Source: Sulfurovum sp.
GTDB taxonomy: Bacteria; Campylobacterota; Campylobacteria; Campylobacterales; Sulfurovaceae
DNA length: 64,000 nt
Assembly: GCA_027081115.1 (NCBI GenBank)
Contig: JALWLD010000121.1
Location: 22,786-86,785 of the forward strand
Direction: 5' to 3'
The notes under the pieces were generated by a model. The model was not told the DNA's origin and ran no database searches. It worked only from the letters and a program-made list of their open reading frames with translations. Below, one piece after another: positions 11,004 to 21,079 of this stretch. The translations under genes and the position numbers were made by a program. How positions within the stretch are numbered: the first letter of the stretch is position 1; the number at the start of each line of letters is the position of its first letter.

Positions 11004-11513
11004 ATGCCATTATTAGACAGTTTTACGGTAGACCATACAAAGATGATTGCTCCGGCAGTGAGAGTTGCCAAAACTATGAAAACACCATGTGGAGATGACA
11101 TTACTGTTTTTGATCTTCGTTTTGTGGTACCCAATAAGGAGATACTTACAGAAAAAGGGATTCATACTTTCGAACATCTTTTTGCCGGGTTTATGAGAGA
11201 TCACCTGAATTCTAAAAAAGTAGAGATTATAGATCTCTCTCCTATGGGATGTCGCACAGGTTTTTATATGTCACTGCTTGGTACACCAAAACCTAAAAAA
11301 GTGGCAAAAGCTTGGAAAAAGGCTATGAAAGATGTACTTGCTGTGAAAAAGCAGAAAGATATTCCTGAGTTGAACCTTTATCAGTGTGGTACATACAAAA
11401 TGCACTCTTTGGATGAGGCTAAAGAGATTGCGCAAAAAGTACTTGACAGAGGTATTGGAATTATGAGTAATGAAGAGTTGAAACTCTCTAAGAAAATTTT
11501 AAAAGGACTCTAG
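11004..11513 (+). CDS. luxS: S-ribosylhomocysteine lyase
   Basis: [31 protein letters not shown]; AAGGA SD before ATG 11004. Confidence 0.96.
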   Translation: MPLLDSFTVDHTKMIAPAVRVAKTMKTPCGDDITVFDLRFVVPNKEILTEKGIHTFEHLFAGFMRDHLNSKKVEIIDLSPMGCRTGFYMSLLGTPKPKKVAKAWKKAMKDVLAVKKQKDIPELNLYQCGTYKMHSLDEAKEIAQKVLDRGIGIMSNEELKLSKKILKGL

Positions 11514-11515
11514 TT

Positions 11516-11821
11516 ATGTATATTTTAATTCCTGTTGAAAATGATCATGGTTTAGAGAGTAAAATTACAACTCAAGCAGATATGAAAATGTGGGCATTGG
11601 TTGTTTTTGAGGATGGAAAAGCCCAAAGTGTTACCTTTGCTGAAGATAGAACAAATTTTGGTATTGAGTGGATAGACTTTGTTGTATTGGAAAATAAGTT
11701 TGAAAATTATATGGATTTTATGGGTGAAGGGATGATGTGTCTTGTCAAACGTAAAGAAGAAACCATTGAAGAGGTTGTCTCTGCCTTTGCCTTTAAAGAA
11801 TTGGATGAGATTGGAATGTAG
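11516..11821 (+). CDS. hypothetical protein, possibly NifX/NifB-like fold
   Basis: 101-aa ORF 2 nt after luxS; the N-terminus ILIPVEND-GLESKI only loosely resembles NifX/NifB-type proteins. Confidence 0.55.
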   Translation: MYILIPVENDHGLESKITTQADMKMWALVVFEDGKAQSVTFAEDRTNFGIEWIDFVVLENKFENYMDFMGEGMMCLVKRKEETIEEVVSAFAFKELDEIGM

Positions 11822-11868
11822 TGATGCTAGGCTCCTCTATAGTGGGTTGAGCTTATCAGAGTCTGAAA

Positions 11869-12639
11869 ATGATATATAACGAAACGATAAGAGCTGAAAA
11901 AAGGCTCATTCTCTGTGAAGATGGAACTCATACACTTTACTCTAAAGAGTTTAATGAACCATACCACTCTACCAAAGACGGTGCCCTGCATGAAAGTTTG
12001 CAAAAACATGTTAAACCAGCACTATCTATAAAACAGACACAGAATACTTTAACTATATTGGATATCTGTTTTGGTTTGGGTTACAATACTTTTAGCACAA
12101 TCTATTATATGCAGAAAAATAATTTAAAAACAAAAGTACATATACTCTCTCCGGAATTTGATGAAGCGTTGATACGATCTTTAGAACATTTTGATTTTCC
12201 TCCTGAGTTTGAAACCATCAAACCTATTATTCAGAGTGTTGCACAAAATTTGTATTATGAAGATGCACAGTTCAAGATAGAGATCTTGCTTGGAGATGCG
12301 AGAGAAAGTATCCCTCAGATACAAAAAAAGATAGATATTATCTACCAAGATGCTTTTTCTCCGGCACATAATCCTCTGCTATGGACAAAAGAACATTTTG
12401 CGGATATCAGAGCTATTTGTAAAGATGATGCTGTGTTAACTACGTATTCAAGTGCTGCGGCAATACGCCTGGGCCTGTATGAAAACGATTTTTTTATTTT
12501 TGTGCACAGAGCAGAACTAATGCGCTACTCTACTGTGGCTTCTTTAACGATGTTAGAGGGCTTTGAATACATAGATATGGAGTTAAAAAAAGTGAGAAAT
12601 CCTACTGCCAGGAGTATGAAAGACAAAACCTATCTTTAG
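11869..12639 (+). CDS. MnmC-type (MnmD) SAM methyltransferase domain protein
   Basis: DGTHTLYSKEFNEPYHS, LDICFGLGYN, YQDAFSP..NP.LWT. Confidence 0.85.
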   Translation: MIYNETIRAEKRLILCEDGTHTLYSKEFNEPYHSTKDGALHESLQKHVKPALSIKQTQNTLTILDICFGLGYNTFSTIYYMQKNNLKTKVHILSPEFDEALIRSLEHFDFPPEFETIKPIIQSVAQNLYYEDAQFKIEILLGDARESIPQIQKKIDIIYQDAFSPAHNPLLWTKEHFADIRAICKDDAVLTTYSSAAAIRLGLYENDFFIFVHRAELMRYSTVASLTMLEGFEYIDMELKKVRNPTARSMKDKTYL

Positions 12640-13253
12640 TAACTCATCTGCATGCTGTCTATTTGATCCCATCCCATAGATTTGTTATTGGATCTATGGG
12701 ATAAAATGTGGTCGATGTATCTTGCAAAGACATCGGTTTCTATGTTAAGTTTTGTTCCTACCTTATAGTTTTTCATTAAAGTGTTTTCTAAAGTATGTGG
12801 GATGATGGTAATACGAAAACTGTCACGATAAACATCATTGACGGTAAGAGAGATACCATCAATCGTAATGGAGCCCTTGGGGATGATATGTGGGATATAT
12901 TTTTTATCTACTTGAATGATGAAATCAGTTCCATTTTCTCTTTTTGTGATTTGTAAAACTGTCCCCACACAATCCACATGCCCCTGAACGATATGTCCTT
13001 CAAAACGGTCATTCATCATCATGGCAGGCTCTATATGGACTTTGCCTGAAATTTTACTCTTATCAATGATAGAGCGTGTCTCATCTGCGAGTTCCAGATC
13101 AAAGCCATCTGGATTGACTTTAATAACAGTTAAACAAACACCATTGATCGCAATAGAGTCCCCAAGTTTTGCTTTATGTTTAGATTTGATGCTTAGAATG
13201 TTGTTTTTATAGCTTTTGACTTCAGCAATTTCTCGTATAAGACCTGTAAACAT
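12636..13253 (-). CDS. ribE: riboflavin synthase alpha chain
   Basis: MFTGLI, SIAINGVCLTV, GHIVQGHVD. Confidence 0.95.
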   Translation of the reverse strand: MFTGLIREIAEVKSYKNNILSIKSKHKAKLGDSIAINGVCLTVIKVNPDGFDLELADETRSIIDKSKISGKVHIEPAMMMNDRFEGHIVQGHVDCVGTVLQITKRENGTDFIIQVDKKYIPHIIPKGSITIDGISLTVNDVYRDSFRITIIPHTLENTLMKNYKVGTKLNIETDVFARYIDHILSHRSNNKSMGWDQIDSMQMSY

Positions 13254-13305
13254 AGTACCTCAATTTTTTTAGATATAATTCGACAATTATAGCATAAGGT
13301 TTAAA

Positions 13306-15183
13306 ATGAATTATGATGTCATAGTGATCGGTGGTGGACATGCAGGGATAGAAGCTTCTTTAGCTTCTGCACGTATGGGTGTAAAAACATTGATGATCAC
13401 AATTTTAGCAGAACAGATCGGGGCCTCTTCGTGTAATCCAGCCATAGGTGGATTGGCTAAAGGTCATTTGGTTCGAGAAGTAGATGCATTGGGTGGAGAG
13501 ATGGGTCTATGTACTGATCAAACAGGTATACAGTTTCGTACGCTTAATGCATCAAAGGGACCAGCAGTACGTGGTACAAGAGCACAGATCGATATGGATG
13601 AATATCGTATCTATATGCGTAATGTAGTTTTAAACACAGAAAACCTGGATGTGAAGCAGGAGATTGCTGATGGTCTGATCGTAGAAGAGGGAGAAGTCAA
13701 AGGGGTTACGACACAGCTTGGTAACAAATACATGGCTTCCAAAGTTATCATTACGGCGGGTACTTTCCTGAATGGACTTATTCATATTGGTGATAAAAAG
13801 CAGGTAGCAGGACGGCAGGGTGAGTTTGCTTCTGTAGAGTTGGCTGAGTATTTAAAAAGTTTAGGTTTGACAATTGGACGTTTGAAAACAGGAACCTGTG
13901 CAAGGATTGATGCAAAATCGGTAGATACTTCTGTGATGGAAGTACAACCAGGAGATACACCGCCACCACCTTTTTCCTTTAGAACAGACAAACATACATT
14001 TAATCCGATACAGTTACCCTGTTATGTAACCTATACCAATGAAGAGACCCATGAGATTATTGAGAGTAATTTTTACAGGGCACCGATGTTCTCTGGTCAG
14101 ATTGAAGGTGTGGGACCTCGCTACTGTCCAAGTATTGAAGATAAGATCAACCGTTTTCGAGATAGACCAAGACACCAGATCTTTGTAGAGCCACAGACTA
14201 TTGATGAGACTGAGTATTATATTAACGGTATGAGTACTTCGTTGCCGATCGATGTACAGTTGGAGATGGTCCAGTCAGTTGCAGGAATGGAGAACGCCAA
14301 GATCGTACGTTACGGTTATGCGATAGAGTATGATTACATTCAGCCAACTGATCTGAAACATACACTGGAGACAAAAAAGATCAAAGGCTTGTACACAGCA
14401 GGTCAGATCAATGGTACAACAGGTTATGAAGAAGCAGCTGCACAGGGTCTGATGGCAGGGATTAATGCAGCGTTACATATACAAGGTAAAGAGCCATTTA
14501 TTTTGAGACGTGATGAAGCATATATTGGAGTACTCATAGATGACCTAGTGACTAAAGGTACGAAAGAGCCTTATCGTATGTTTACCTCCAGAGCAGAGTA
14601 CAGATTGCTTTTACGTGAAGACAATGCCGACATGAGACTCTCCATGTATGGTAAATCATTTGGCTTGCTTGATGATGACTATATGAAAAGTTTTGAAGCG
14701 AAGAAAGCAAGTCTTGAAGAAGCACTGGATTATCTTAGAATTAATTTTGTTACACCTACTAAAGAATTTCTTGCTAAACTGGAATATATTGGTGCAGTGA
14801 AGATCAATGAAAAGACATATTGGATGGATGTCATTGGACGTGGAGATTTTAATAGAAAGAAGTTGACCACACTTCTACCGGAGTTTGACAAGTATGATGA
14901 TGAGGTAATGGAGCAGATATTGATTGAAGCAAAATACAGCCGTTACATTGAGAAACAGCAGCAGCAAATTCTTAAGATGGATGATATGTTAAAGATCAAG
15001 ATCCCGCAAGAATTTGTGTATAGTAATATTTCAGGTTTGAGTAATGAGATTGTAGAAAAGTTGGATAGAGCGACACCACCAACACTTTTTGCCGCATCGC
15101 AAATTTCAGGGGTCACACCGGCGGCACTTGAGATTATACATGTACATATTAAGATGGCACAAAGAGCCAAAACTAAAAAATAG
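13306..15183 (+). CDS. mnmG: tRNA uridine 5-carboxymethylaminomethyl modification enzyme GidA
   Basis: [41 protein letters not shown]. Confidence 0.97.
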   Translation: MNYDVIVIGGGHAGIEASLASARMGVKTLMITILAEQIGASSCNPAIGGLAKGHLVREVDALGGEMGLCTDQTGIQFRTLNASKGPAVRGTRAQIDMDEYRIYMRNVVLNTENLDVKQEIADGLIVEEGEVKGVTTQLGNKYMASKVIITAGTFLNGLIHIGDKKQVAGRQGEFASVELAEYLKSLGLTIGRLKTGTCARIDAKSVDTSVMEVQPGDTPPPPFSFRTDKHTFNPIQLPCYVTYTNEETHEIIESNFYRAPMFSGQIEGVGPRYCPSIEDKINRFRDRPRHQIFVEPQTIDETEYYINGMSTSLPIDVQLEMVQSVAGMENAKIVRYGYAIEYDYIQPTDLKHTLETKKIKGLYTAGQINGTTGYEEAAAQGLMAGINAALHIQGKEPFILRRDEAYIGVLIDDLVTKGTKEPYRMFTSRAEYRLLLREDNADMRLSMYGKSFGLLDDDYMKSFEAKKASLEEALDYLRINFVTPTKEFLAKLEYIGAVKINEKTYWMDVIGRGDFNRKKLTTLLPEFDKYDDEVMEQILIEAKYSRYIEKQQQQILKMDDMLKIKIPQEFVYSNISGLSNEIVEKLDRATPPTLFAASQISGVTPAALEIIHVHIKMAQRAKTKK

Positions 15184-15204
15184 AAAAACCAAAGGATACA
15201 ACGC

Positions 15205-16071
15205 ATGTTATTTTATTATGCATATTCAGGACATAAAAATGGACTTGAGAGAGTAAGACGTGGTGCAGCAGTGATGAATGCTTTACGTAACAATGGCACA
15301 GAAGCGACATTGCTTGTCAATGATTTTCGTGCGGGTCTTGCAGCAAAAGAGTTAGGGGTTAAAGATTATGTTACCGTGGACACCGTGCAAGATATAGATG
15401 CGATTGCTCAAGTAGGGGACAGTATTATTATTGACTCATTGGAAGATGACCATGGTCGTCTTGTAAAGTTCTGTTCTGATTTTAAACAGGTTTGGCGTTT
15501 TGCACACAGTATGGATGACAAATCTATACATGGGGAGATACTTTTAAGAGCAGAAGGACAAAATGAAGCAGATGTGGATGCATTGATCGTAGAAGACTCT
15601 TACTTTGATACACATGATAAAGAGGAACGTGTACTCTTTTTTCTTGGAGATTCAGACTATGATAAAGTGATTTTGAGCAACGAAATATTCTTCAAGTCAT
15701 TTAAAATGGAATTACTTCTTGGGAACTACTTCTTTGTTAAATATGAAGATGACCTTGCAAAACTTTTTAATGAACTGCATGAACCTGAAGAGTATGAGAG
15801 ATTGATTCAAGGCAGTACGACGGTTGTTACTTCTTCTTCACAAACGGCACTTGAAGCCAAGATGGCTGGAGCAAAAGTGATCTATATAGAGCTTATAGAA
15901 GATACACTTTACCCAACAGCATTATTGAATGACTTTGGAATTGCAAGTGTCCAAGGTCTTAGTATTGAGGCTGTTCAAGCACTACTAGATAAGAAAGAGG
16001 AAGAAAACAGTAGTGAGTATAAAGAAAAATTATCAATGATTTCTAAGAAGTTAATTAATAATATCTTATAA
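15205..16071 (+). CDS. hypothetical protein, possible GT-B (PseG-like) fold
   Basis: 288-aa ORF with AAGGA SD; the SGHKNGL..RR N-terminus only loosely recalls PseG/SpsG. Confidence 0.6.
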   Translation: MLFYYAYSGHKNGLERVRRGAAVMNALRNNGTEATLLVNDFRAGLAAKELGVKDYVTVDTVQDIDAIAQVGDSIIIDSLEDDHGRLVKFCSDFKQVWRFAHSMDDKSIHGEILLRAEGQNEADVDALIVEDSYFDTHDKEERVLFFLGDSDYDKVILSNEIFFKSFKMELLLGNYFFVKYEDDLAKLFNELHEPEEYERLIQGSTTVVTSSSQTALEAKMAGAKVIYIELIEDTLYPTALLNDFGIASVQGLSIEAVQALLDKKEEENSSEYKEKLSMISKKLINNIL

Positions 16072-16123
16072 AAGTCCCTATCTCTCTACCTTTTACCTCT
16101 CTATCGTTCCTTAATGATACAAA

Positions 16124-16143
16124 TAGACTGCAAATGCAGTCTA
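16124..16143. other. perfect inverted repeat (hairpin or operator) upstream of the petA promoter
   Basis: TAGACTGCA-AA-TGCAGTCTA. Confidence 0.5.
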
Positions 16144-16156
16144 GAGCTTCTATTTT

Positions 16157-16198
16157 TTGACAAACATCAATTCTTTTTAACTCGAAATAGTGTATACT
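16157..16198 (+). promoter_or_regulatory. Crp/Fnr-type box plus -10 (class II promoter) of petABC
   Basis: TTGACAAACATCAA at 16157-16170; TATACT at 16193-16198; centre about -41.5. Confidence 0.7.
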
Positions 16199-16234
16199 AG
16201 TCGACATAAAATTTATTTAAAGGAAGGTATTAGT

Positions 16235-16747
16235 ATGGCTAATAATACTGAAGGTCGTAGAGACTTTATGGGTATGGCCCTTGGTGGTTTTACTGCCCTA
16301 GGGGGAATTGGTGCTCTCTATGCGATGAAGCGTTCTTGGGATCCATTGCCAAGTGTGAAGGCAGCTGGTTTCACAACAGTTGACTTAAGTGCTGCACAAC
16401 CAAATGTGCTAAATGTTGAAAAATGGAGAGGGAAACCTATCTTCGTTTTGAAAAAAACAGCAGATATGAAAGCAGATCCAAGAGATGTGGTTGTAGGTTC
16501 TGACAGATTCCATGTTTCTATCGGACTTTGTACACACCTTGGATGTATCCCTGCCTATGTAGGTGATGAACATAAGTTCAAATGTGCTTGTCACGGAGGG
16601 GAATTTGATGCTTCCGGGCACCAGATCTTTGGACCACCACCAAGTCCACTTGAAATTCCACCATTTAAGATTGATGGAACAAAGCTAGTACTAGGGGAAG
16701 CGGGTCCTGAGTACAAAAAAATGCTAGATGCCGGTCTAACGGTATAA
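16235..16747 (+). CDS. petA: cytochrome bc1 Rieske Fe-S subunit
   Basis: Tat motif RRDF, CTHLGC, CACHG; SD before ATG 16235. Confidence 0.95.
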   Translation: MANNTEGRRDFMGMALGGFTALGGIGALYAMKRSWDPLPSVKAAGFTTVDLSAAQPNVLNVEKWRGKPIFVLKKTADMKADPRDVVVGSDRFHVSIGLCTHLGCIPAYVGDEHKFKCACHGGEFDASGHQIFGPPPSPLEIPPFKIDGTKLVLGEAGPEYKKMLDAGLTV

Positions 16748-16757
16748 GGGGGACAGC

Positions 16758-17975
16758 ATGGCAAAATTTGAAAAAGCAAAAAACCTAAATGAGTGGATGG
16801 ATCAACGTTTAGCTGTAAATACTTTGAAAAAAGTAATGCAGACTGAATATTGGATCCCTAAAAATATTAACTTCTTATGGGCAATGGGTATGGTACTTGC
16901 TGCTACATTTGGAATTCTTCTTATCTCTGGTATCTTCTTACTTATGTATTACAAGCCAGATACAAACTTGGCATTTGACTCTGTTAACTATACGATCATG
17001 ACTGAAGTTGGATATGGTTGGTTATGGAGACACATTCATGGTGTAGGTGCATCTTTGGTTTTCCTGATCATCTATATTCACATGTTTACAGGTATCTATT
17101 ATGGATCATATAAAAAAGGTAGAGAGCTTATCTGGTTATCTGGTATGGGACTATTTGTTGCATTTTCGGCAGAAGCCTTCTCAGGATATATGCTTCCATG
17201 GGGACAGATGTCTTACTGGGCGGGTATGGTTATTACTAACCTGTTCTCAGGTGGATCACTTGAAGCATATGGTCTTGTTGAGTGGATCAGAGGGGATTAT
17301 GTTCCAGCAGATGCATTCTTAACTAGATTCTTTATGTTACACGTATTATTGATCCCGTTGGCGATCATTGGTCTTATCGTACTTCACTTTGGTACATTGA
17401 GAATCCCACACGTAAATAATCAAGATGGTGAAGAGATCGACTTTGATGAAGCTGCAGAGCTTTATAAAGCTGGAAAAGTAAAAGAGTCTAAAGTAATTCC
17501 ATTCTCTCCAGTGTTCTTGTCTAAAGATGTATTTGTAATGGGTGTTTATTTCATTCTATTCTTCTACTTGGTATTCTACCACTTTGATTTTGCAATGGAC
17601 CCAGTGAACTTTGACCCGGCAGATGGTCTTAAAACACCGGCACATATCTATCCTGAGTGGTATTTCTTATGGTCATACGAGATACTAAGACCATTCTCGA
17701 AAGACCTTGGTTTGATCGCATTTGCAATAGCACAGGTCATTTTCCTTGCACTTCCATTCCTTGATAGAAGTCCAAATGTGGCTCCTGCAAGCAGAAGAGG
17801 ATTGTTCAAGTACTGGTTCTGGGCTATGCTTATCGATATGATCGTCTTGACATTTATGGGTAAATTACCACCGACAGATGCATTATTTGCAAATATTGGA
17901 TTGGTAGCAGCTATTATGTTCTTTGTATTATGGATTGTATTACCGATCATAACATCAAAAGAAAAAAAACTATAA
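16758..17975 (+). CDS. petB: cytochrome b
   Basis: HIHGVGAS, GYMLPWGQMSYW, PEWYF. Confidence 0.96.
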   Translation: MAKFEKAKNLNEWMDQRLAVNTLKKVMQTEYWIPKNINFLWAMGMVLAATFGILLISGIFLLMYYKPDTNLAFDSVNYTIMTEVGYGWLWRHIHGVGASLVFLIIYIHMFTGIYYGSYKKGRELIWLSGMGLFVAFSAEAFSGYMLPWGQMSYWAGMVITNLFSGGSLEAYGLVEWIRGDYVPADAFLTRFFMLHVLLIPLAIIGLIVLHFGTLRIPHVNNQDGEEIDFDEAAELYKAGKVKESKVIPFSPVFLSKDVFVMGVYFILFFYLVFYHFDFAMDPVNFDPADGLKTPAHIYPEWYFLWSYEILRPFSKDLGLIAFAIAQVIFLALPFLDRSPNVAPASRRGLFKYWFWAMLIDMIVLTFMGKLPPTDALFANIGLVAAIMFFVLWIVLPIITSKEKKL

Positions 17976-17985
17976 GGGGTAGAGA

Positions 17986-18945
17986 ATGAAAGAATTAAAA
18001 ATATTTGGAATTGTAGCTATCTTTACTCTAGTACTCTATTGGGGTGTTGAGCCATTTGCTCACTCCCAGATGCATAAACATGTAGAGGGTCATGGACTGG
18101 TATATGATGGTAAGGCAGATATAGAGGAAGCTAAAGTAGCTAAAAAAGAAGATGTCGCAAAAACAAAAGAGGCATTTTGGGCAAATGTTGCTAAAATCTC
18201 TAAACTAAAAGGAAATGCAGCGGCAGGTGAAGCAGCATTTGCTACATGTATGGGATGTCACATGGAAGGTGCACCTAACATGGGTGGTGTTATTCCTCCA
18301 AGTCTTGAGCATGCAGGTGCATTGTATGACAAAAACTACTTGATTGCATTGATTAAAGATCCGGCAATGGCATCAAATGTAGATCATAAGTATAAAGATA
18401 CATCTACACACCCAATGGGTTCAATCAAAATGATGATGACAGATGATCAGCAGATCGCAGATGTTGTTGCATACCTAAAAGAGAAAAAAAATGGTGAAGT
18501 AACACCTAAAGAAGCATTTGCAGATGCTTGTGGTAGATGTCATGCTATGAGATATGCCAAGATGACACAACTAGGTGATACACCAAATTTTAAATATGAA
18601 AAAGATGCACTAGCACATAAGATCAAAGTGATCGATGAGCAAGATGCTGTAAAAGCATATATGGGTAAATTACCACCAGATCTTTCAATGATTATCAGAG
18701 CTAGATCACATCACTTTATGGAGACATTTGTGGAAAATCCACAATCTCAGCTTCCTGGTACATCTATGCCTAGAGTTGGTTTAAGTCATGAAGGGTATGA
18801 GAAAGTAAAAGAGTTCTTAACTGAGATCGGTGATCCAAGTAAACCTAAGAGAGAAGAATTGGGACCTAAGGTACTTCTATTCTTTGTTATCTTTACAGGA
18901 TTGGCCTTCTTATGGAAGAAGTCAAGATGGAAAGGTCATTACTAA
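17986..18945 (+). CDS. petC: diheme cytochrome c1-type subunit
   Basis: CMGCH and CGRCH, PPDLS, PGTSMP, C-terminal TM; position after petAB. Confidence 0.9.
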   Translation: MKELKIFGIVAIFTLVLYWGVEPFAHSQMHKHVEGHGLVYDGKADIEEAKVAKKEDVAKTKEAFWANVAKISKLKGNAAAGEAAFATCMGCHMEGAPNMGGVIPPSLEHAGALYDKNYLIALIKDPAMASNVDHKYKDTSTHPMGSIKMMMTDDQQIADVVAYLKEKKNGEVTPKEAFADACGRCHAMRYAKMTQLGDTPNFKYEKDALAHKIKVIDEQDAVKAYMGKLPPDLSMIIRARSHHFMETFVENPQSQLPGTSMPRVGLSHEGYEKVKEFLTEIGDPSKPKREELGPKVLLFFVIFTGLAFLWKKSRWKGHY

Positions 18946-18947
18946 TC

Positions 18948-19072
18948 TTTCGCAGTATTTAACTGTATCTTCGGCCGAATGAAGCCTGCTTCATTCGGTC
19001 ACTTACTTTAATGTAAGCTTCTCTTGCTACACAAATTTTCTTCAATCAAATTTACAGAAAATTACTGCGAAA
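18948..19072. mobile_element. ERIC-like ~125-bp palindromic element, copy 2
   Basis: TIRs TTTCGCAGTA..CTGTA / TACAG..TACTGCGAAA; core GGTCACTTACTTTAATGTAAGCT; internal hairpin CCGAATGAAGC-CT-GCTTCATTCGG. Confidence 0.6.
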
Positions 19073-19190
19073 TAAAAAAATAATTTTTCAGCATATTTAA
19101 CTTCCCTACTAAATAACAGCTTATTATAGTTTTATCCTTCTCTTATCTACATTTTGATACCCTTAGCAAAATTAAATTTGGAATATTATT

Positions 19191-20168
19191 ATGCTAATAG
19201 ACGGACATGGTAGAACAGTCAATTATTTGAGAGTTTCGGTTACAGAACGTTGTAACTTCAGATGCCAGTACTGTATGCCGGAAAAACCATTTTCATGGGT
19301 ACCAAAAGAGAATCTACTCTCTTTTGAAGAGCTCTTTTTATTTATGAAAGTTGCTATGGATGAAGGTGTAAATAAGATTCGTATTACCGGTGGGGAGCCA
19401 CTACTCAGAGAAGATCTTGATACTTTTATAAAGATGATTCATGACTATAAACCGGACATTGATCTGGCACTTACAACAAATGCCTATCTTTTACCGCAAA
19501 CAGCACAAAGACTGAAAGATGCTGGCTTAAAAAGACTCAATATATCACTTGACTCTTTAAAAGCAGATGTAGCACATAAAATTGCACAGAAAGATGTTCT
19601 TAAACAGGTACTTAAAGGTATTGACAAGGCATTGGAAGTAGGTTTGGGAGTGAAGATCAATATGGTGCCTCTAAAAGGTATCAATGATGATGAGATCCTT
19701 GCTGTTATGGATTATTGTAAAGCACGCAAGATCAAAATACGCTTTATTGAGTATATGGAAAACAGACATGCAACAGAAGCCTTGAAAGGGATGCATGGAA
19801 GAGAAATACTCGATAAGGTTAAAGAGAGACATACTATACGTGCATTAGGACGGGAAGGTGCCTCTCCGTCATTTAACTATGAATTGGATGATGGATATCA
19901 GTTTGGACTCATTGACCCTCATAAACATGATTTCTGTGAAAACTGTAACCGTATCAGGTTGACAGCAGAGGGCAACCTGATCCCTTGTCTCTATTTTGAT
20001 GAAGCTATGAGTATTGCGGAATCAGTAAAAAAAGGCGATATTCAGGGTGCAGCAGATGTGCTTGCCCAAGTACTTAAAGATAAGCCAAAAGAGAACCGTT
20101 GGATTGAGGGTGAACTGGAAGAGGGACAAGAAGTTTCAAGCCGTGCTTTTTACGAGACTGGCGGGTAA
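19191..20168 (+). CDS. moaA: GTP 3',8-cyclase
   Basis: [34 protein letters not shown]-terminal GG. Confidence 0.96.
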   Translation: MLIDGHGRTVNYLRVSVTERCNFRCQYCMPEKPFSWVPKENLLSFEELFLFMKVAMDEGVNKIRITGGEPLLREDLDTFIKMIHDYKPDIDLALTTNAYLLPQTAQRLKDAGLKRLNISLDSLKADVAHKIAQKDVLKQVLKGIDKALEVGLGVKINMVPLKGINDDEILAVMDYCKARKIKIRFIEYMENRHATEALKGMHGREILDKVKERHTIRALGREGASPSFNYELDDGYQFGLIDPHKHDFCENCNRIRLTAEGNLIPCLYFDEAMSIAESVKKGDIQGAADVLAQVLKDKPKENRWIEGELEEGQEVSSRAFYETGG

Positions 20169-20926
20169 TGTTTTATCTTACTGAGCAGTTTTTTTCCATA
20201 CAGGGTGAAGGCAAGTATGCGGGAGTGCCCTCTTATTTTTTAAGAACAGGAGGGTGCAACCTCTCTTGTCCTGGATTTGGTGCTACCTATGAAGTGGATG
20301 GAGAGGTACGTTATGGTTGTGATACCTATTTTGCAGTGGACAGCACGTATGCAAAGCTTTGGGAAAAAGTGGATGAGAGTATTACGCTTATCAAAAAACT
20401 AAAAAATGAATTTACAAAGATAGGCTATAAGCCTAATATGGTCATTACAGGTGGTGAACCACTTATGTATCATAATGATAAAACTTTTTATGAAGTGGTA
20501 AGCTGGTTAGTTGAAGAAGGTATTCAAATTACTTTTGAGACCAATGGTACAGTAGAGATCGATTTCGATCTTTATCCTGCTTACCAATCTTGTATCTTTG
20601 CACTTTCACTGAAGTTGGCAAACTCCGGTGAACCAGCCTCCAAACGCATAGTGCCCCAAGCATTGAAAAACTTACAGTCTCACTCTAAAGAGACCTTTTT
20701 AAAATTTACAATAGACAGTATACTTGTAGAGAGTTCTGCTATTAATGAGATCAATGAGATACGCCAAATTCTTCCTGAACTTGAAGTCTTCTGTATGCCT
20801 GTGGGTGAGAGTAGAGATACTATCTGGAAAAATGACAAGGCTGTCTTTGAGTTTTGTATGAAACATAACTTTCGTTACTCAGATAGACTGCACATTAGGG
20901 TTTTTGATACAACCCAAGGTGTTTAA
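20168..20926 (+). CDS. queE: 7-carboxy-7-deazaguanine synthase (radical SAM)
   Basis: FFSIQGEG, RTGGCNLSC..CDT, ITGGEP, ETNGT, RLH. Confidence 0.9.
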   Translation: MFYLTEQFFSIQGEGKYAGVPSYFLRTGGCNLSCPGFGATYEVDGEVRYGCDTYFAVDSTYAKLWEKVDESITLIKKLKNEFTKIGYKPNMVITGGEPLMYHNDKTFYEVVSWLVEEGIQITFETNGTVEIDFDLYPAYQSCIFALSLKLANSGEPASKRIVPQALKNLQSHSKETFLKFTIDSILVESSAINEINEIRQILPELEVFCMPVGESRDTIWKNDKAVFEFCMKHNFRYSDRLHIRVFDTTQGV

Positions 20927-21019
20927 CCCTCCCGTAAATAAGTTATTATAATAATAATTATAAGCCAAATTATAGCTAACTAGGGGTAGTATTGTCTTCA
21001 ATTTTATAGAGGAGTCAAT

Positions 21020-21079
21020 ATGAAAGAGCATATAAAATTCTTAGAGCTTCTACAAGCTACTATGGTAGGTAGTCACTGA
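21020..21079 (+). CDS. 19-aa small ORF coupled to the fccB-like gene (MKEHIKFLELLQATMVGSH)
   Basis: Strong GAGGAG SD; its TGA overlaps the next ATG (TGATG). Confidence 0.45.
   Translation: MKEHIKFLELLQATMVGSH

Noticed and set aside
17986-18945. Two heme motifs in cytochrome c1
   Set aside because: Diheme PetC is an established trait of this lineage
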